A stretch of 64,000 bases of DNA from an uncultured Actinomycetes bacterium (GTDB taxonomy: Bacteria; Actinomycetota; Thermoleophilia; UBA2241): positions 64,001 to 128,000 of the forward strand of contig CAVPVX010000011.1 of the NCBI GenBank assembly GCA_963709345.1. Reading direction: 5' to 3'. The translations under genes and the position numbers were made by a program. The notes beneath the pieces were generated by a model. The model worked only from the letters and a program-made list of their open reading frames with translations. It was not told the DNA's origin and ran no database searches. Below are positions 48,619 to 58,462 of the stretch, piece after piece. Numbering within the stretch: the first letter of the stretch is position 1; every line of letters begins with the position of its first letter.

Positions 48619-49233
48619 ATGGACGACTCAGATGAGAACAGCTTGGCGCTACTACTGAGAGCTGCGGCCTTCGCGGCCAAGCAGCATCGCTCACAGCGCC
48701 GCAAGAACGCCGAGGAGTCGCCCTACGTCAACCACCCGATCGAAGTCGCCCACGTCCTCGCAAGTACGGGCGGCATCACGGACGTCGTCACTCTCGTTGC
48801 CGCTCTCCTCCACGACACGATTGAGGACACACCGGCGTCAGCGGGCGATCTTGAGAGGGAGTTCGGCGCGCAGGTGCGCAGCCTCGTCGAAGAGGTGACC
48901 GACGACAAGAGTCTCGAGAAGGACAAGCGCAAGGAGCTGCAGATCCTTCACGCTCCTTCTCTGACCACTCGCGCCAAGCAGATCAAGCTCGGCGACAGGA
49001 TCTGCAACGTCGGGGACGTCTTGGACGATCCGCCGGCCGGCTGGGATCTGCAGCGGCGACTTACGTATCTCAGCTGGTCGGCTGCCGTGGCAGAGGGCTG
49101 TCGTGGGGCGAACGAAGCCTTAGAAAGGCGCCTCGACGAGCTGCTGGTCGAGGGTCGCGAGGCGCTCGTCGAGGAGGGAGGCGCAGGATGGGAGAGGAGC
49201 GTCAATCGAGCAGGTCGACCCCGACTGGGTTAG
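48619..49233 (+). CDS. Stand-alone HD-domain (p)ppGpp hydrolase, Mesh1/SAH-like
   Basis: FAAKQHRSQRRK, PYVNHPIEVA, ALLHDTIEDT, EVTDDKSL, KLGDRICN. Confidence 0.88.
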   Translation: MDDSDENSLALLLRAAAFAAKQHRSQRRKNAEESPYVNHPIEVAHVLASTGGITDVVTLVAALLHDTIEDTPASAGDLEREFGAQVRSLVEEVTDDKSLEKDKRKELQILHAPSLTTRAKQIKLGDRICNVGDVLDDPPAGWDLQRRLTYLSWSAAVAEGCRGANEALERRLDELLVEGREALVEEGGAGWERSVNRAGRPRLG

Positions 49234-49401
49234 GGCAGCGGGCTGCCCTGATTGACCGCGCTGTCGCCGACGGAGTGCCGACGAGACGCCTCACGACCGC
49301 TCATCACCAACGAGAACCGCCCGGCATCGCGTCTCCTCGGAAACCTGGACCGTGCAGCACAATCGCGTCTAGGTGACTACCGGCGCGCACGGCCGCCTGA
49401 C

Positions 49402-49448
49402 GTCTGCAAAACCTCCATCATCGGTTCAACTCCGATCGCCGCCTCCAA
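49402..49448 (+). repeat. att site: duplicate of the tRNA-Cys 3' half
   Basis: GTCTGCAAAACCTCCATCATCGGTTCAACTCCGATCGCCGCCTCCAA identical to 44633-44679. Confidence 0.95.
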
Positions 49449-49588
49449 CGATGTCCCTGCATCTGGGCCCTTTCTGGTTCTCACCGTGCGCTCATTTTCT
49501 TCCGAATCGGCAGGACTGCCGTCATTCGGCCGACGAGACTCCGGACTACGCGCGGATATGGGACGGGACGCGCCACTACGCGAAGCTG

Positions 49589-49779
49589 CGTGGCTCGATC
49601 ATCCTCACGAGCAACAAGACCTTCGCCGGGATGGGTCAGGTCTTCGGCGACGAGGTGCTCGCCTCGGCGATCCTCGACCGTCTGCTGCACCACGCCGAGG
49701 TGATCTCGATCAACGGACCGTCCTACCGGCTCAAGAGACTGCATGCTCGAGCAGAGAGAAGGAGGTGATGGCCGCCTGA
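49589..49779 (+). pseudogene. IS21-family IstB ATPase C-terminal remnant
   Basis: RGSIILTSNK.F...GQVFGDEVLASAILDRLLHHAEVISINGPSYRLK. Confidence 0.85.
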
Positions 49780-50167
49780 GCTGAACCCGTACGCACCTGC
49801 TCTCAAGCGACACGCTTTGTCGTACGCGGAGCGACATGATTGCTTGACCGCCGACACGTGGCGATGGACACCGAATGATGTCCCTCCATGAACAGCGAAT
49901 CATGCAGGGAGGCGAGGCCTCGCTGCTCTGCCATAAGGTGTGTCTCTTGGAGGACATCGCCGTCGCCGGGACCCTGGTCTACGCCGTGGGCCCCCAGACG
50001 ATGGATCACGGCGTCGTCGTCGACTTCCTCACGCTCGCCGTCGAGCGCTCAGTCGGAGGGGCGCCGCGGCCGGCACTGGATGCGGCGCCCCGCCCGCCCG
50101 GGCAGCCGCACGGCTGCTTTCCTCCCGCTCCGCGTTCATCTTCTTGTCACAGAGTCCTCACCGGACC

Positions 50168-50203
50168 TTGACAAGAAGGCACATGATCATAAGATGTGAT
50201 CAT
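50168..50203 (+). promoter_or_regulatory. Promoter of the DeoR operon with candidate operator repeats
   Basis: TTGACA(50168)-16-TAAGAT(50190); TGATCAT occurs twice around the -10. Confidence 0.5.
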
Positions 50204-50215
50204 CTCTGACCGAGC

Positions 50216-51052
50216 GTGTCTGTTCATGATCGGTCAGGCACGAGGGAGAACGCCGGGGAGGCTTCGCTGATCGTGTCGGACGTTCGAGAGATGCTACCCG
50301 CCGAGAGGCGCTCGCGCATCGTTGCCGCGCTCAAGGCGCGCCGCGCCGTGCGCGTCAACGACCTGAGCGAAGACCTGGGCGTCTCCGAGATCACCATTCG
50401 TCGCGACCTCGTGCTGCTGGAGAAGGAAGGCGTACTCAAGCGCACCTACGGGGGCGCCGTGACGCGGCGGCAGGTGACGACGGAGCCGGACTACGAAGAG
50501 AGCGTCGCGACGAACGCGCCGGAGAAGGACCGCATCGCCAGGATCGCCGCGGCCATGATCGAGCCGCGCGACACCGTGTTTCTCGGCTCGGGCACCACCG
50601 TGGCGCAGATGCTGCGCCACCTCGACCTGGATCTCGAGGCGCGCATCGTGACGCATAACCTGGCCGCGGCTCTCGAGGCGCGCGGGCCCCGTCTCGAGTT
50701 CGTCTTCCTCGGCGGTCTGTACCGGCCGCATCTGGGAGCCGTCGAGGGTTCGTGGTCGCTGGACATGCTCGCGCAGTTCAACGCCGACAGGACGTTCCTC
50801 GGGGCGGATTGCCTGGACGTGAGCGCCGGTCTCACGACGCCGGGCCTCGCCGTCGCCGATCTGGAGTTGGCCATGATCCGGCGCACGCGCGGTGAGGTCA
50901 TCGTGCTGGCCGACAGCAGCAAGATCGGGCTGGTCGGCCCGGTCGTCATCTGCCCGCTCGACCAGATCGACGTCGTCGTGGTCGACGCCGGGGTCAGTCC
51001 GGAGATCTGCCATGAGATCGAGCGCGCCGGGCCGCAGTGCGAGGTGGTCTGA
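50216..51052 (+). CDS. DeoR/GlpR family transcriptional regulator (true start may be 50291)
   Basis: ERRSRI...LGVSEITIRRDL...RTYGGA HTH; FLGSGTT, LADSSK sensor motifs. Confidence 0.93.
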   Translation: MSVHDRSGTRENAGEASLIVSDVREMLPAERRSRIVAALKARRAVRVNDLSEDLGVSEITIRRDLVLLEKEGVLKRTYGGAVTRRQVTTEPDYEESVATNAPEKDRIARIAAAMIEPRDTVFLGSGTTVAQMLRHLDLDLEARIVTHNLAAALEARGPRLEFVFLGGLYRPHLGAVEGSWSLDMLAQFNADRTFLGADCLDVSAGLTTPGLAVADLELAMIRRTRGEVIVLADSSKIGLVGPVVICPLDQIDVVVVDAGVSPEICHEIERAGPQCEVV

Positions 51053-51154
51053 GCACCCCATGAGTACAGCGAACGCCATAGAACACGGCAGGCGTGCGCG
51101 GCGGAGCCGCGCCGGCCGCGCGCCGGCCGTGACGACCTCATCGTCGACGAAAGG

Positions 51155-52096
51155 GTGAACGACGTGGCAGCAGACGCACACCTCACTCCCGAGGCGATCA
51201 TCGCCCGCATAGAAGACTGGAAGGGTCTCGACGTCGCCTGGGAGGCCCTCGGCGGAGGGATCACCAATCACAATTACGTGCTCACGGTCAGCGGGCGTCC
51301 CGACATCCCGTGGGGCGGCAAGTACGTCCTGCGCATCCCGGGCGACGGCACCGAGACCTTCATCGATCGCGAGCGGGAGCACAAGAACCACGTTGCCGCC
51401 GCCGAGGCCGGCGTGACGCCGCCGATCCTCCACATGCTCGAGCCCGAGAAGTGCACGGTCGTGCCGTTCATCGAGGGCGAGACCATGCATCCGGAGTCGC
51501 TCGCCGGCCATCCGGAGCGCCTCGCCAAGGTCGTCGACGTCATGCGTACGTACCACGACACGGCGACGTTCGCCAACGAGATCGACGTGTTCGCCATGAT
51601 CCGCCAGTACATGGTGATGGCCCGCGACGTCGACGCCCCGCTGCCGGACGACATCGACTGGATGCTCGAACTCGGAGAGCGGATCGAGAAGGCGATGGGG
51701 CGGGACGCGCCGAGCCCGGCGGCCTGCCACAACGACCTGCTCTCCGAGAACTTCATTCTCGCCGCCGACGGCAAGATGTGGGTCATCGATTGGGAGTACG
51801 GCGGGATGTCCGACCCGTACTTCGACCTCGGCGACTTCTGCATCGAGCACCCCTTGTCCGACGACGAAGAGCGGTTCATCATCACTCGATACTGTGGAGA
51901 GATGAGAGAGGACCGCTACTCGCGCATGATGCTGCACAAGATCGTCGCGGACCTCTGGTGGAGCATCTGGGCGATGATCCAGGTCAAGCTCTCCAAGATC
52001 GACTTCGACTTCTACGCGTACGGCGAGAACAGGGTCGCCCGCTTGCATGCGAACGCCGGGAAGCCCGAGCTCGCCACGTGGTTCGCGGAGGTGTAG
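51155..52096 (+). CDS. Choline/ethanolamine kinase-like (LicA/APH-fold) phosphotransferase
   Basis: LGGGITNHNY, YVLRIPG, IDRERE, CHNDLLSENF Brenner motif, IDWEYGGM.D..FDLG choline-kinase motif. Confidence 0.88.
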   Translation: MNDVAADAHLTPEAIIARIEDWKGLDVAWEALGGGITNHNYVLTVSGRPDIPWGGKYVLRIPGDGTETFIDREREHKNHVAAAEAGVTPPILHMLEPEKCTVVPFIEGETMHPESLAGHPERLAKVVDVMRTYHDTATFANEIDVFAMIRQYMVMARDVDAPLPDDIDWMLELGERIEKAMGRDAPSPAACHNDLLSENFILAADGKMWVIDWEYGGMSDPYFDLGDFCIEHPLSDDEERFIITRYCGEMREDRYSRMMLHKIVADLWWSIWAMIQVKLSKIDFDFYAYGENRVARLHANAGKPELATWFAEV

Positions 52097-52173
52097 AGGC
52101 ATGTTCGCGGCACGCACGACGCACGGGGGTCCGCTCGCCGGACCGGGTCCAGACAACGAATCGGGAGCACGAC

Positions 52174-52986
52174 ATGAGCGATGACGCAACGCGGCCGGCC
52201 GGCGAAGTAGGGCCGGACGTCGGCATGGGCAAGGTCGATCCCGACCTCGCCAAGGTCTTTCAGGACGAGGCGCTGCGCGTCGTCGAGGCCGGCGAGAAGC
52301 AGGGTGTCGTGCTGCGCGTCATCGGCGCGCTCGCCTTCTTCCATCACTGCCCGGAGTTCGGCTTCATCCAGGAGAAGCTGAACCGGGTGTACACGGACAT
52401 CGACTTCGCCGCCTACGGCAAGCAGTCCCAGCAGATCCGCGAGTTCTTCGCCTCGATCGGCTACGAGGACGACGTCGAGATCAACGCCTTCCACTCCGAG
52501 GGCGGGCGACTCATCTTCAACAACCCGACCAACCACATCCACGTCGACGTGTTCATGGACAAGCTCGACTTCTGCCATCCCATCCCGTGGAAGGGCAGAC
52601 TCGAGGTCGACTCGCCGACGATCCCGCTCGCCGAGATGATGCTCGAGAAGATGCAGATCGTGAAGATCAACGAGAAGGACATCATCGACACGATCATGCT
52701 GCTGCGCGAGCATGAGATCGACGCCAACGACGAGGACCGCATCAACGGGCAGCGCGTGGCCAAGCTGTGCGCCGGCGAGTGGGGTCTGTGGCGCACGGTG
52801 AGCATGAACCTGGAGAAGGTGCGCGACTACCTGCCTCACGTAGACCTCGACGATGCCGACAAGCAGGTCGTCGCCAAGCGGGCTTCCGAGCTCCTGAGCG
52901 TCATGGATGACTACCCCAAGGGCACCAGGTGGAAGCTGCGCGCCAAGGTCGGCGACAAGGTCCGCTGGTACAACGTGGTCGACTGA
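52174..52986 (+). CDS. Uncharacterised nucleotidyltransferase-like protein (Pol-beta superfamily, AbiEii-like signature)
   Basis: LRVIGALA...RVYTDIDF, HVDVF, EKMQI...KDIID; GGAG RBS. Confidence 0.7.
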   Translation: MSDDATRPAGEVGPDVGMGKVDPDLAKVFQDEALRVVEAGEKQGVVLRVIGALAFFHHCPEFGFIQEKLNRVYTDIDFAAYGKQSQQIREFFASIGYEDDVEINAFHSEGGRLIFNNPTNHIHVDVFMDKLDFCHPIPWKGRLEVDSPTIPLAEMMLEKMQIVKINEKDIIDTIMLLREHEIDANDEDRINGQRVAKLCAGEWGLWRTVSMNLEKVRDYLPHVDLDDADKQVVAKRASELLSVMDDYPKGTRWKLRAKVGDKVRWYNVVD

Positions 52987-53013
52987 CCCCGCGATCTGAG
53001 AGGCAGCTGAGAT

Positions 53014-54015
53014 ATGGCATTCTGGAACAAGAAGGGCGGCTCGGACGACAAGCGCGTGCGGATCTTCTACGCCACCGACATCCACGGTTCCGAGCGCACC
53101 TACCGCAAGTTCATCAACTCCGGCAAGTTCTACAAGGTCGACCACCTCATCATGGGCGGCGACATCGAGGGCAAGTTCCTCGTGCCGATCGTCGACGAGG
53201 GCGGCGGGCACTACCGCGTCACGCTGCAAGAGGAACTCTCCAACCTGAGCGGCCCCGACGAGCTCCAGGCCGTCAAAGAGCGCATCGAGACGCTGGGCTT
53301 CTATCACGTGACCGTGAGTGAAGACGAGATCCGCGCCATGCAGGCCGACCAGAGTCTCGTCGACGCGGCCTTCAAGAAGGAGGCACACCGGCGCCTTCAG
53401 GACTGGATCGCTCTGGCCGACGAGCGGCTGGCCGACACGAACATCACGTGCTACGTGACGGGCGGCAACGACGACCCGCAGGAGCTCATCGACCTGCTCG
53501 AGGCCTCCCAGAGCGACCGCGTCATCAACTGCGAGGGACGCGTCATCCAGCTGGACGGCACGTTCCCGATGGCCAACTGCGGCTACAGCAACCCGACGCC
53601 GTGGGATACCCCGCGCGAGACGGACGAAGAGACGCTGGAGAAGTACCTGATGGAGTCGGTCGAGGGCATCGACGACTTCACGAACGCGATCTTCAACTTC
53701 CACGTGCCGCCATACGACTCCACGCTCGACGATTGTCCCAAGCTCGACTGGTCCACGGACCCGCCGGCGCCGATCGTCGTCGCCGGCGTGGCGCAGTCGG
53801 CGCCGGCCGGCAGCCACGCCGTCCGCAACATGGTCGAGCGCCACCAGCCGCTCCTCATGCTCACAGGGCACATCCACGAAGCGCGTGGCCTGGTCAAGGT
53901 CAAGCGCACGACCGTGGTCAATCCGGGTAGCGAATACGGCGAGGGGATCCTGAGGGGGTGCATACTGACACTCGAGCCGGGCAAGGTGGTCGGTTACCAG
54001 ATGACGTCGGGGTGA
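53014..54015 (+). CDS. Calcineurin-like metallophosphoesterase (Icc-related)
   Basis: TDIHGS, GGDIEGK, GGNDD, FHVPP, GHIHE, VNPGS. Confidence 0.9.
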   Translation: MAFWNKKGGSDDKRVRIFYATDIHGSERTYRKFINSGKFYKVDHLIMGGDIEGKFLVPIVDEGGGHYRVTLQEELSNLSGPDELQAVKERIETLGFYHVTVSEDEIRAMQADQSLVDAAFKKEAHRRLQDWIALADERLADTNITCYVTGGNDDPQELIDLLEASQSDRVINCEGRVIQLDGTFPMANCGYSNPTPWDTPRETDEETLEKYLMESVEGIDDFTNAIFNFHVPPYDSTLDDCPKLDWSTDPPAPIVVAGVAQSAPAGSHAVRNMVERHQPLLMLTGHIHEARGLVKVKRTTVVNPGSEYGEGILRGCILTLEPGKVVGYQMTSG

Positions 54016-54078
54016 AGCTGCCGCGCGCAGTGATGACGCATCTGTCACAAGTCTCAAGCGACTGACAGGGGGAACAAG

Positions 54079-55713
54079 ATGGCTACAGCCGCAGCAAAAC
54101 CCGAAGTCTTCAGCCGGAAGGCCTCGGGGCTCTCCAGGGTGATGTCGCCCTGGTCGGCATTCATGTACAACTTCCTGACCATGGGCGTGATCTTCCCATG
54201 GACGTTCGTGTGGGCGCCCGCGGCGTTCCCGGGCGTCTCCGTGTGGAGAGCGTGCCTGCTCGCGATCCTGCTGGAGCTCCCGATCGCGCTGGCCTACGTG
54301 TGGATGGCGACCGCCATGCCGCGCAGCGGTGGCGACTACGTGTTCCAGAGCCGCGTGTTCGGCGGGGCGATCGGGTTCCCGGTCGTCATGAGCGGGTTCG
54401 TGATCTGGATCCTGCAGTGGGTCGCGCTCGCCGGCTGGCTGCTGGCCACCCTCGGCGTGGCGCCTCTCTTGCTGGGGCTCGGGGTGAACTACGAGAGCAA
54501 GGGCCTCATCGACGCGGCCGTCTGGGCGCAGGGCAGCCAGGGCGTCGTGACCATCAGCATCATCGGGGCTGCCGCCATGGCGCTCCTTCTGGTCACGGGC
54601 TTCAAGAACTACGTCCGCCTGCAGTACTTCATGTTCGCGGCCACCGCGATCCTGGTCGCCGTCATGCTCATCCAGTTCCTGCGCACGTCGCCGGAGCAGT
54701 TCGCGACCGCGATGAACAGCTTCGCCAACATCGTGGACGGCCGGGCCGACTACTACACCTGGATCCAGGCCGACGTGACGGATGCCGGCGTCAATCTGCT
54801 GCCCAAGTTCGCGCTGGGCGCCACGCTGCTGGCTCTGCCGATCGTCTGGACCAGCCTCCAGTGGGCCACCTACAGCGTGCAGCAGGGCGGCGAGATCAAG
54901 GGCGCCCGCGTCTTCAAGAACCAGCTGCTCATCATCGTCGGCTCGATGGTCGCCGTGGGCTGCACGCTCGCGGTCATCGCCTGGGCCCTCGAAGGCGCAG
55001 TCGGTACGGCCTTCTTCAACGCCGTTTCGCACTCGTACTACTACGGAGTGAGCGCTTCCGGCGACGGGGTCGGCAGTGTGTTGCCCTTCCCCGGCATGTT
55101 CGCGATCGTGATCTCGCCGAACCCGATCATCGTCGTCCTGACGGCGGTCAGCTTCATGCTCGCTTCGCTGCAGATCACCTGCAACTGCTACATCGGCATG
55201 ACGCGCATCATGGTCGGCATGTCGCTCGACCGCACGCTGCCGACCTGGGTCTCCAAGGTCAACCCGCGCTTCCGCTCGCCGGTGAACGCGCACCTCATCT
55301 ACTTCGTCCTCGGTTGCGCCGTCATCATCGGCTACAACTATCTCGGTTGGTGGTACAGCATGACCCTGGGCGTGACCTTCGCCTGTGGCTACGTGTTCGT
55401 GGTCAGTTGTCTGGCGGCCGCGCTGCTGCCCTTCCGCGCCAAGTCGCTGTATGAGGCGTCCCCGGGCGCCAAGTACACGATCGGCGGGTTCCCGTTGGTC
55501 ACCATCTTCGGGTTCCTCGGGTTCTTCTTCGGGCTGGCCGCGCTCATCGCGTTCCTCACCCAGGACGCCTACGGCCTCAAGGGCACGACCCCGTACCTCG
55601 TCGTGGCCGGGATCTTCCTGGTGTCGCTCGTCGGGTACTGGATCGGCCGCGCCTACAACAAGAGCAAGGGCATCGACGTCAACTACGCCTTCCTCGAAGT
55701 GCCGCCGGAGTGA
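54079..55713 (+). CDS. APC family permease
   Basis: FSRKASGLSR, AMPRSGGDYVFQSR, GGEIK, DRTLP.W.SKVNPRFRSP, C-terminal EVPPE; about 12-14 TM helices. Confidence 0.9.
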   Translation: MATAAAKPEVFSRKASGLSRVMSPWSAFMYNFLTMGVIFPWTFVWAPAAFPGVSVWRACLLAILLELPIALAYVWMATAMPRSGGDYVFQSRVFGGAIGFPVVMSGFVIWILQWVALAGWLLATLGVAPLLLGLGVNYESKGLIDAAVWAQGSQGVVTISIIGAAAMALLLVTGFKNYVRLQYFMFAATAILVAVMLIQFLRTSPEQFATAMNSFANIVDGRADYYTWIQADVTDAGVNLLPKFALGATLLALPIVWTSLQWATYSVQQGGEIKGARVFKNQLLIIVGSMVAVGCTLAVIAWALEGAVGTAFFNAVSHSYYYGVSASGDGVGSVLPFPGMFAIVISPNPIIVVLTAVSFMLASLQITCNCYIGMTRIMVGMSLDRTLPTWVSKVNPRFRSPVNAHLIYFVLGCAVIIGYNYLGWWYSMTLGVTFACGYVFVVSCLAAALLPFRAKSLYEASPGAKYTIGGFPLVTIFGFLGFFFGLAALIAFLTQDAYGLKGTTPYLVVAGIFLVSLVGYWIGRAYNKSKGIDVNYAFLEVPPE

Positions 55714-55932
55714 TCTGAGCCACAAGCGGCAGCTCTCTGCGGGAGCGCGGGGCCCTCGGGCCCGGCGCTCCCGCGCCGTTCCGGGCCCGGACGCCGCTGC
55801 GGGCCGAAGGCCTTTCTGCTCCCGCGCCGCTGCGGGCCCGCAGGGGCCCGGGGCTCGCACGTGGGCCCCGGCCCTGTAGAATCGACGTGGCGGCCGCGGC
55901 CGCCTGCCGGTCAACCAGCTCGGAGGGCCCAC

Positions 55933-56202
55933 GTGCGCGGAATCTTCAATCTCCTCTACCTGGCCGTCGTCATCTACGCCTGGCTCATCGTGGGCCGCGC
56001 CCTGCTCTCGTGGATGCGGATCCAGCCGGGCACCACGCTCTTCCGCGTGAATGCCGGGCTGGTCAGGCTCACCGAGCCGTACCTGGTCCTGTTCCGCAAG
56101 GTGGTGCCGACGTGGCGCATCCGCGGCGTCGAGATCGACTGGAGCTCGGTGGTGGCGCTCGTCGTGCTCTTCATCGTCGCCCGCATCCTGCTCATCCTCT
56201 GA
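55933..56202 (+). CDS. YggT family membrane protein
   Basis: RALLSW, RLTEPYL..FRKVVP, IDWS. Confidence 0.85.
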   Translation: MRGIFNLLYLAVVIYAWLIVGRALLSWMRIQPGTTLFRVNAGLVRLTEPYLVLFRKVVPTWRIRGVEIDWSSVVALVVLFIVARILLIL

Positions 56203-56332
56203 GGGCGGACGACTGCGGGTCGCGGCCTCGCCCGGCACTTGCACTGTCGTAGCCGATTCGTAACTATTGTGGCGTAAGCTTTCAAAAGTCTCCTGAGCTT
56301 GAGGGACCTTCGACGAAAGCGAGGCAGGCGCC

Positions 56333-58408
56333 ATGGATCCGAGCGAGTTCCGCGCTTCACATGCAGGCGCGGTCGTCAGCTGCCCTGAGGGCTACGCCGC
56401 CTTCGTGCCGGCGCCGCTGCCTCCTCGCCTGACGTACACGCGAGACCTCGTGCTCGCCCTCTCTCGCGCCGACGCCGCGCTCGGAGAGCTCTCGGGCGTC
56501 GGCGGCGAGATGCCCGAACCACACCTCCTGGACGCCTCGTTCAAACGTCAGGAGGCTCTCTGCTCCTCGCGCATCGAGGGCGCAGACGTGAGTCTCTCGG
56601 ATCTCTACCTCGACCAGGTGGGCGCCGCTCGCCCGAGCGTGTCGCGCGAGCACCTTCGCGAGGTGCGCAGCTGCATCTCGACCCTGCGCTTCGGCGTCGA
56701 GCTGCTCCGCGAAGAGCCGCTGTCGCTCGACTTCATCCGCGCGCTGCACGAGCGGCTGCTGCGCGGCGAAGTCGGCGGCGCACGCACTCCCGGCGAGTTC
56801 CGGCGCTCGCAGAACTGGGTCGGTCCTCCCGGCGCCACGCTGGCCACCGCCACCTACGTGCCGGCGCCGATGTCGGAGCTGCCCGAGGCGCTCGCGGCCT
56901 TCGAGGAGTTCATGCAGGAGCGCGGTCGCCTCCCGGACCTCATCCAGTGTGCGATGCTGCACGCCCAGTTCGAGAGCATCCACCCGTTCGTCGGGGGCAA
57001 CGGCCGCCTGGGCCGGCTCCTCATCACGCTCTTCCTTATCGAGCGGCAGCGGCTGACGCGCCCGCTGCTGTACCTCTCCGCCTTTCTCGAGGGGCACCGC
57101 GACGAGTACTACACGCTCCTGCAACGCGTGCGCACGCACAGTGAGTGGGTGCCGTGGCTGACGTTCTTCGCGGTCGGCGTCCGCGAGACCGCCGAGCGCG
57201 CGGCACGCCAGACGCGCGCGCTGATCGCTCACTACGGGCGCGACAGCGAGAAGGTCAAGGGACACGCGCTCACGCTGGCCGACGAGCTCTTTCGCACACC
57301 CTGCATGACGGTCCCCGAGGCGCAGCGCGTGCTCGAGGTGACCAACCCGACCGCGCGCCGCGCGGTGCGCGAGCTCGAGGCCAAGGGGCTGCTCGACGAG
57401 TGGGCCGAGAAGAGCTGGCCGCGGGTCTACCTCGCGCGGCACGTCCTCGATACCGTGCTCAACCCCGTCGAGGATCTGCGTCGCCTGCCGGGCGCCGAGG
57501 CGCAGGGCGCGGTGCTCAAGTCGGGGGCCGAGGACCAGCGTGGCCCTCTTCGTCGCGCCGACCGGCTCATGAACGAGGCGATGGCGATGGTCGACGCGGC
57601 CAGGATGCGGGGAGCCCGGCTCCGCCTCACGGGCGGGCTCGCCATCCGCCGCTACTGCACCGACCTCGACTTCATGGACCGCGAGTACTCCGACATCGAC
57701 TTCATCGGGCTCTCCGCTGAGAGGAAGGAGATCCACGAGGTCTTCGACGGCCTCGGCTACGTCGAGAACCGGTACGTCTCCCAGGCGACCGACTCCGGAC
57801 AGCTCCAGTTCATCAACCGCGAGGCGCTGGAGGGCAGGCGGACGGGCGCCGCCGAGAACGCCTCCGAGACGGGGTCGCCGTACGAGCCGCCGCTGGTCGA
57901 CCATATCGACGTCTTCCTGGACGTCATGCGCATGGACCACGACATCGACGTGAGCGAGCGGCTCGACATCGACGACTACGCGATATCGCCTGCCGATGCG
58001 TTCATCGCCAAGATGCAGATCGGGAAGATCAACCAGAAGGATGTCCACGACGTCATAGCTCTGGTCAAGGATGTGCCTCTTCGCGACATGGACGACGACG
58101 CCTCGATCGACCTGCTCCACATCGCCGCGGAGTGCTCTGACGACTGGGGGCTGTACCAGGACATCACGACCAACCTCGACATGGCTCTGGCGATGGTCGA
58201 CGATTACGGTCTGACGGAGTCGCAGCAGGACCGTGTCTACGCGCGGCTGGCCGCCATCAAGGAATCGGTGGAGGACGCGAGCAAGAGCATCCGCTGGCGC
58301 CTGCGCGCAACGGTGGGCGAGCGCGTTGCCTGGCGCCGCGAGATCGAGGAAACGGAGGGGACGCAGGTCATCGCGCCGGAGTGGGACTGGCGCCGCGATC
58401 TGGGGTGA
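56333..58408 (+). CDS. Fic-domain protein (Fic + winged helix) fused to a nucleotidyltransferase-like domain, copy 1
   Basis: SSRIEG inhibitory helix, PGEFRRSQNWVG, HPFVGGNGRLGR; from ~57560 LTGGLAIRRYC...REYSDIDF, homologous to 52174..52986. Confidence 0.88.
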   Translation: MDPSEFRASHAGAVVSCPEGYAAFVPAPLPPRLTYTRDLVLALSRADAALGELSGVGGEMPEPHLLDASFKRQEALCSSRIEGADVSLSDLYLDQVGAARPSVSREHLREVRSCISTLRFGVELLREEPLSLDFIRALHERLLRGEVGGARTPGEFRRSQNWVGPPGATLATATYVPAPMSELPEALAAFEEFMQERGRLPDLIQCAMLHAQFESIHPFVGGNGRLGRLLITLFLIERQRLTRPLLYLSAFLEGHRDEYYTLLQRVRTHSEWVPWLTFFAVGVRETAERAARQTRALIAHYGRDSEKVKGHALTLADELFRTPCMTVPEAQRVLEVTNPTARRAVRELEAKGLLDEWAEKSWPRVYLARHVLDTVLNPVEDLRRLPGAEAQGAVLKSGAEDQRGPLRRADRLMNEAMAMVDAARMRGARLRLTGGLAIRRYCTDLDFMDREYSDIDFIGLSAERKEIHEVFDGLGYVENRYVSQATDSGQLQFINREALEGRRTGAAENASETGSPYEPPLVDHIDVFLDVMRMDHDIDVSERLDIDDYAISPADAFIAKMQIGKINQKDVHDVIALVKDVPLRDMDDDASIDLLHIAAECSDDWGLYQDITTNLDMALAMVDDYGLTESQQDRVYARLAAIKESVEDASKSIRWRLRATVGERVAWRREIEETEGTQVIAPEWDWRRDLG

Positions 58409-58462
58409 GCCGGCGAGGGCGCCGGGCTCGGGCAGCGGGGACACGAGAGAAGGGGGCGGCGG

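Noticed and set aside
55735-55875. GC-rich short direct and inverted repeats after the APC gene as a possible CRISPR or ncRNA
   Set aside because: No regular repeat-spacer period; best explained as terminator-like hairpins in very high GC sequence.
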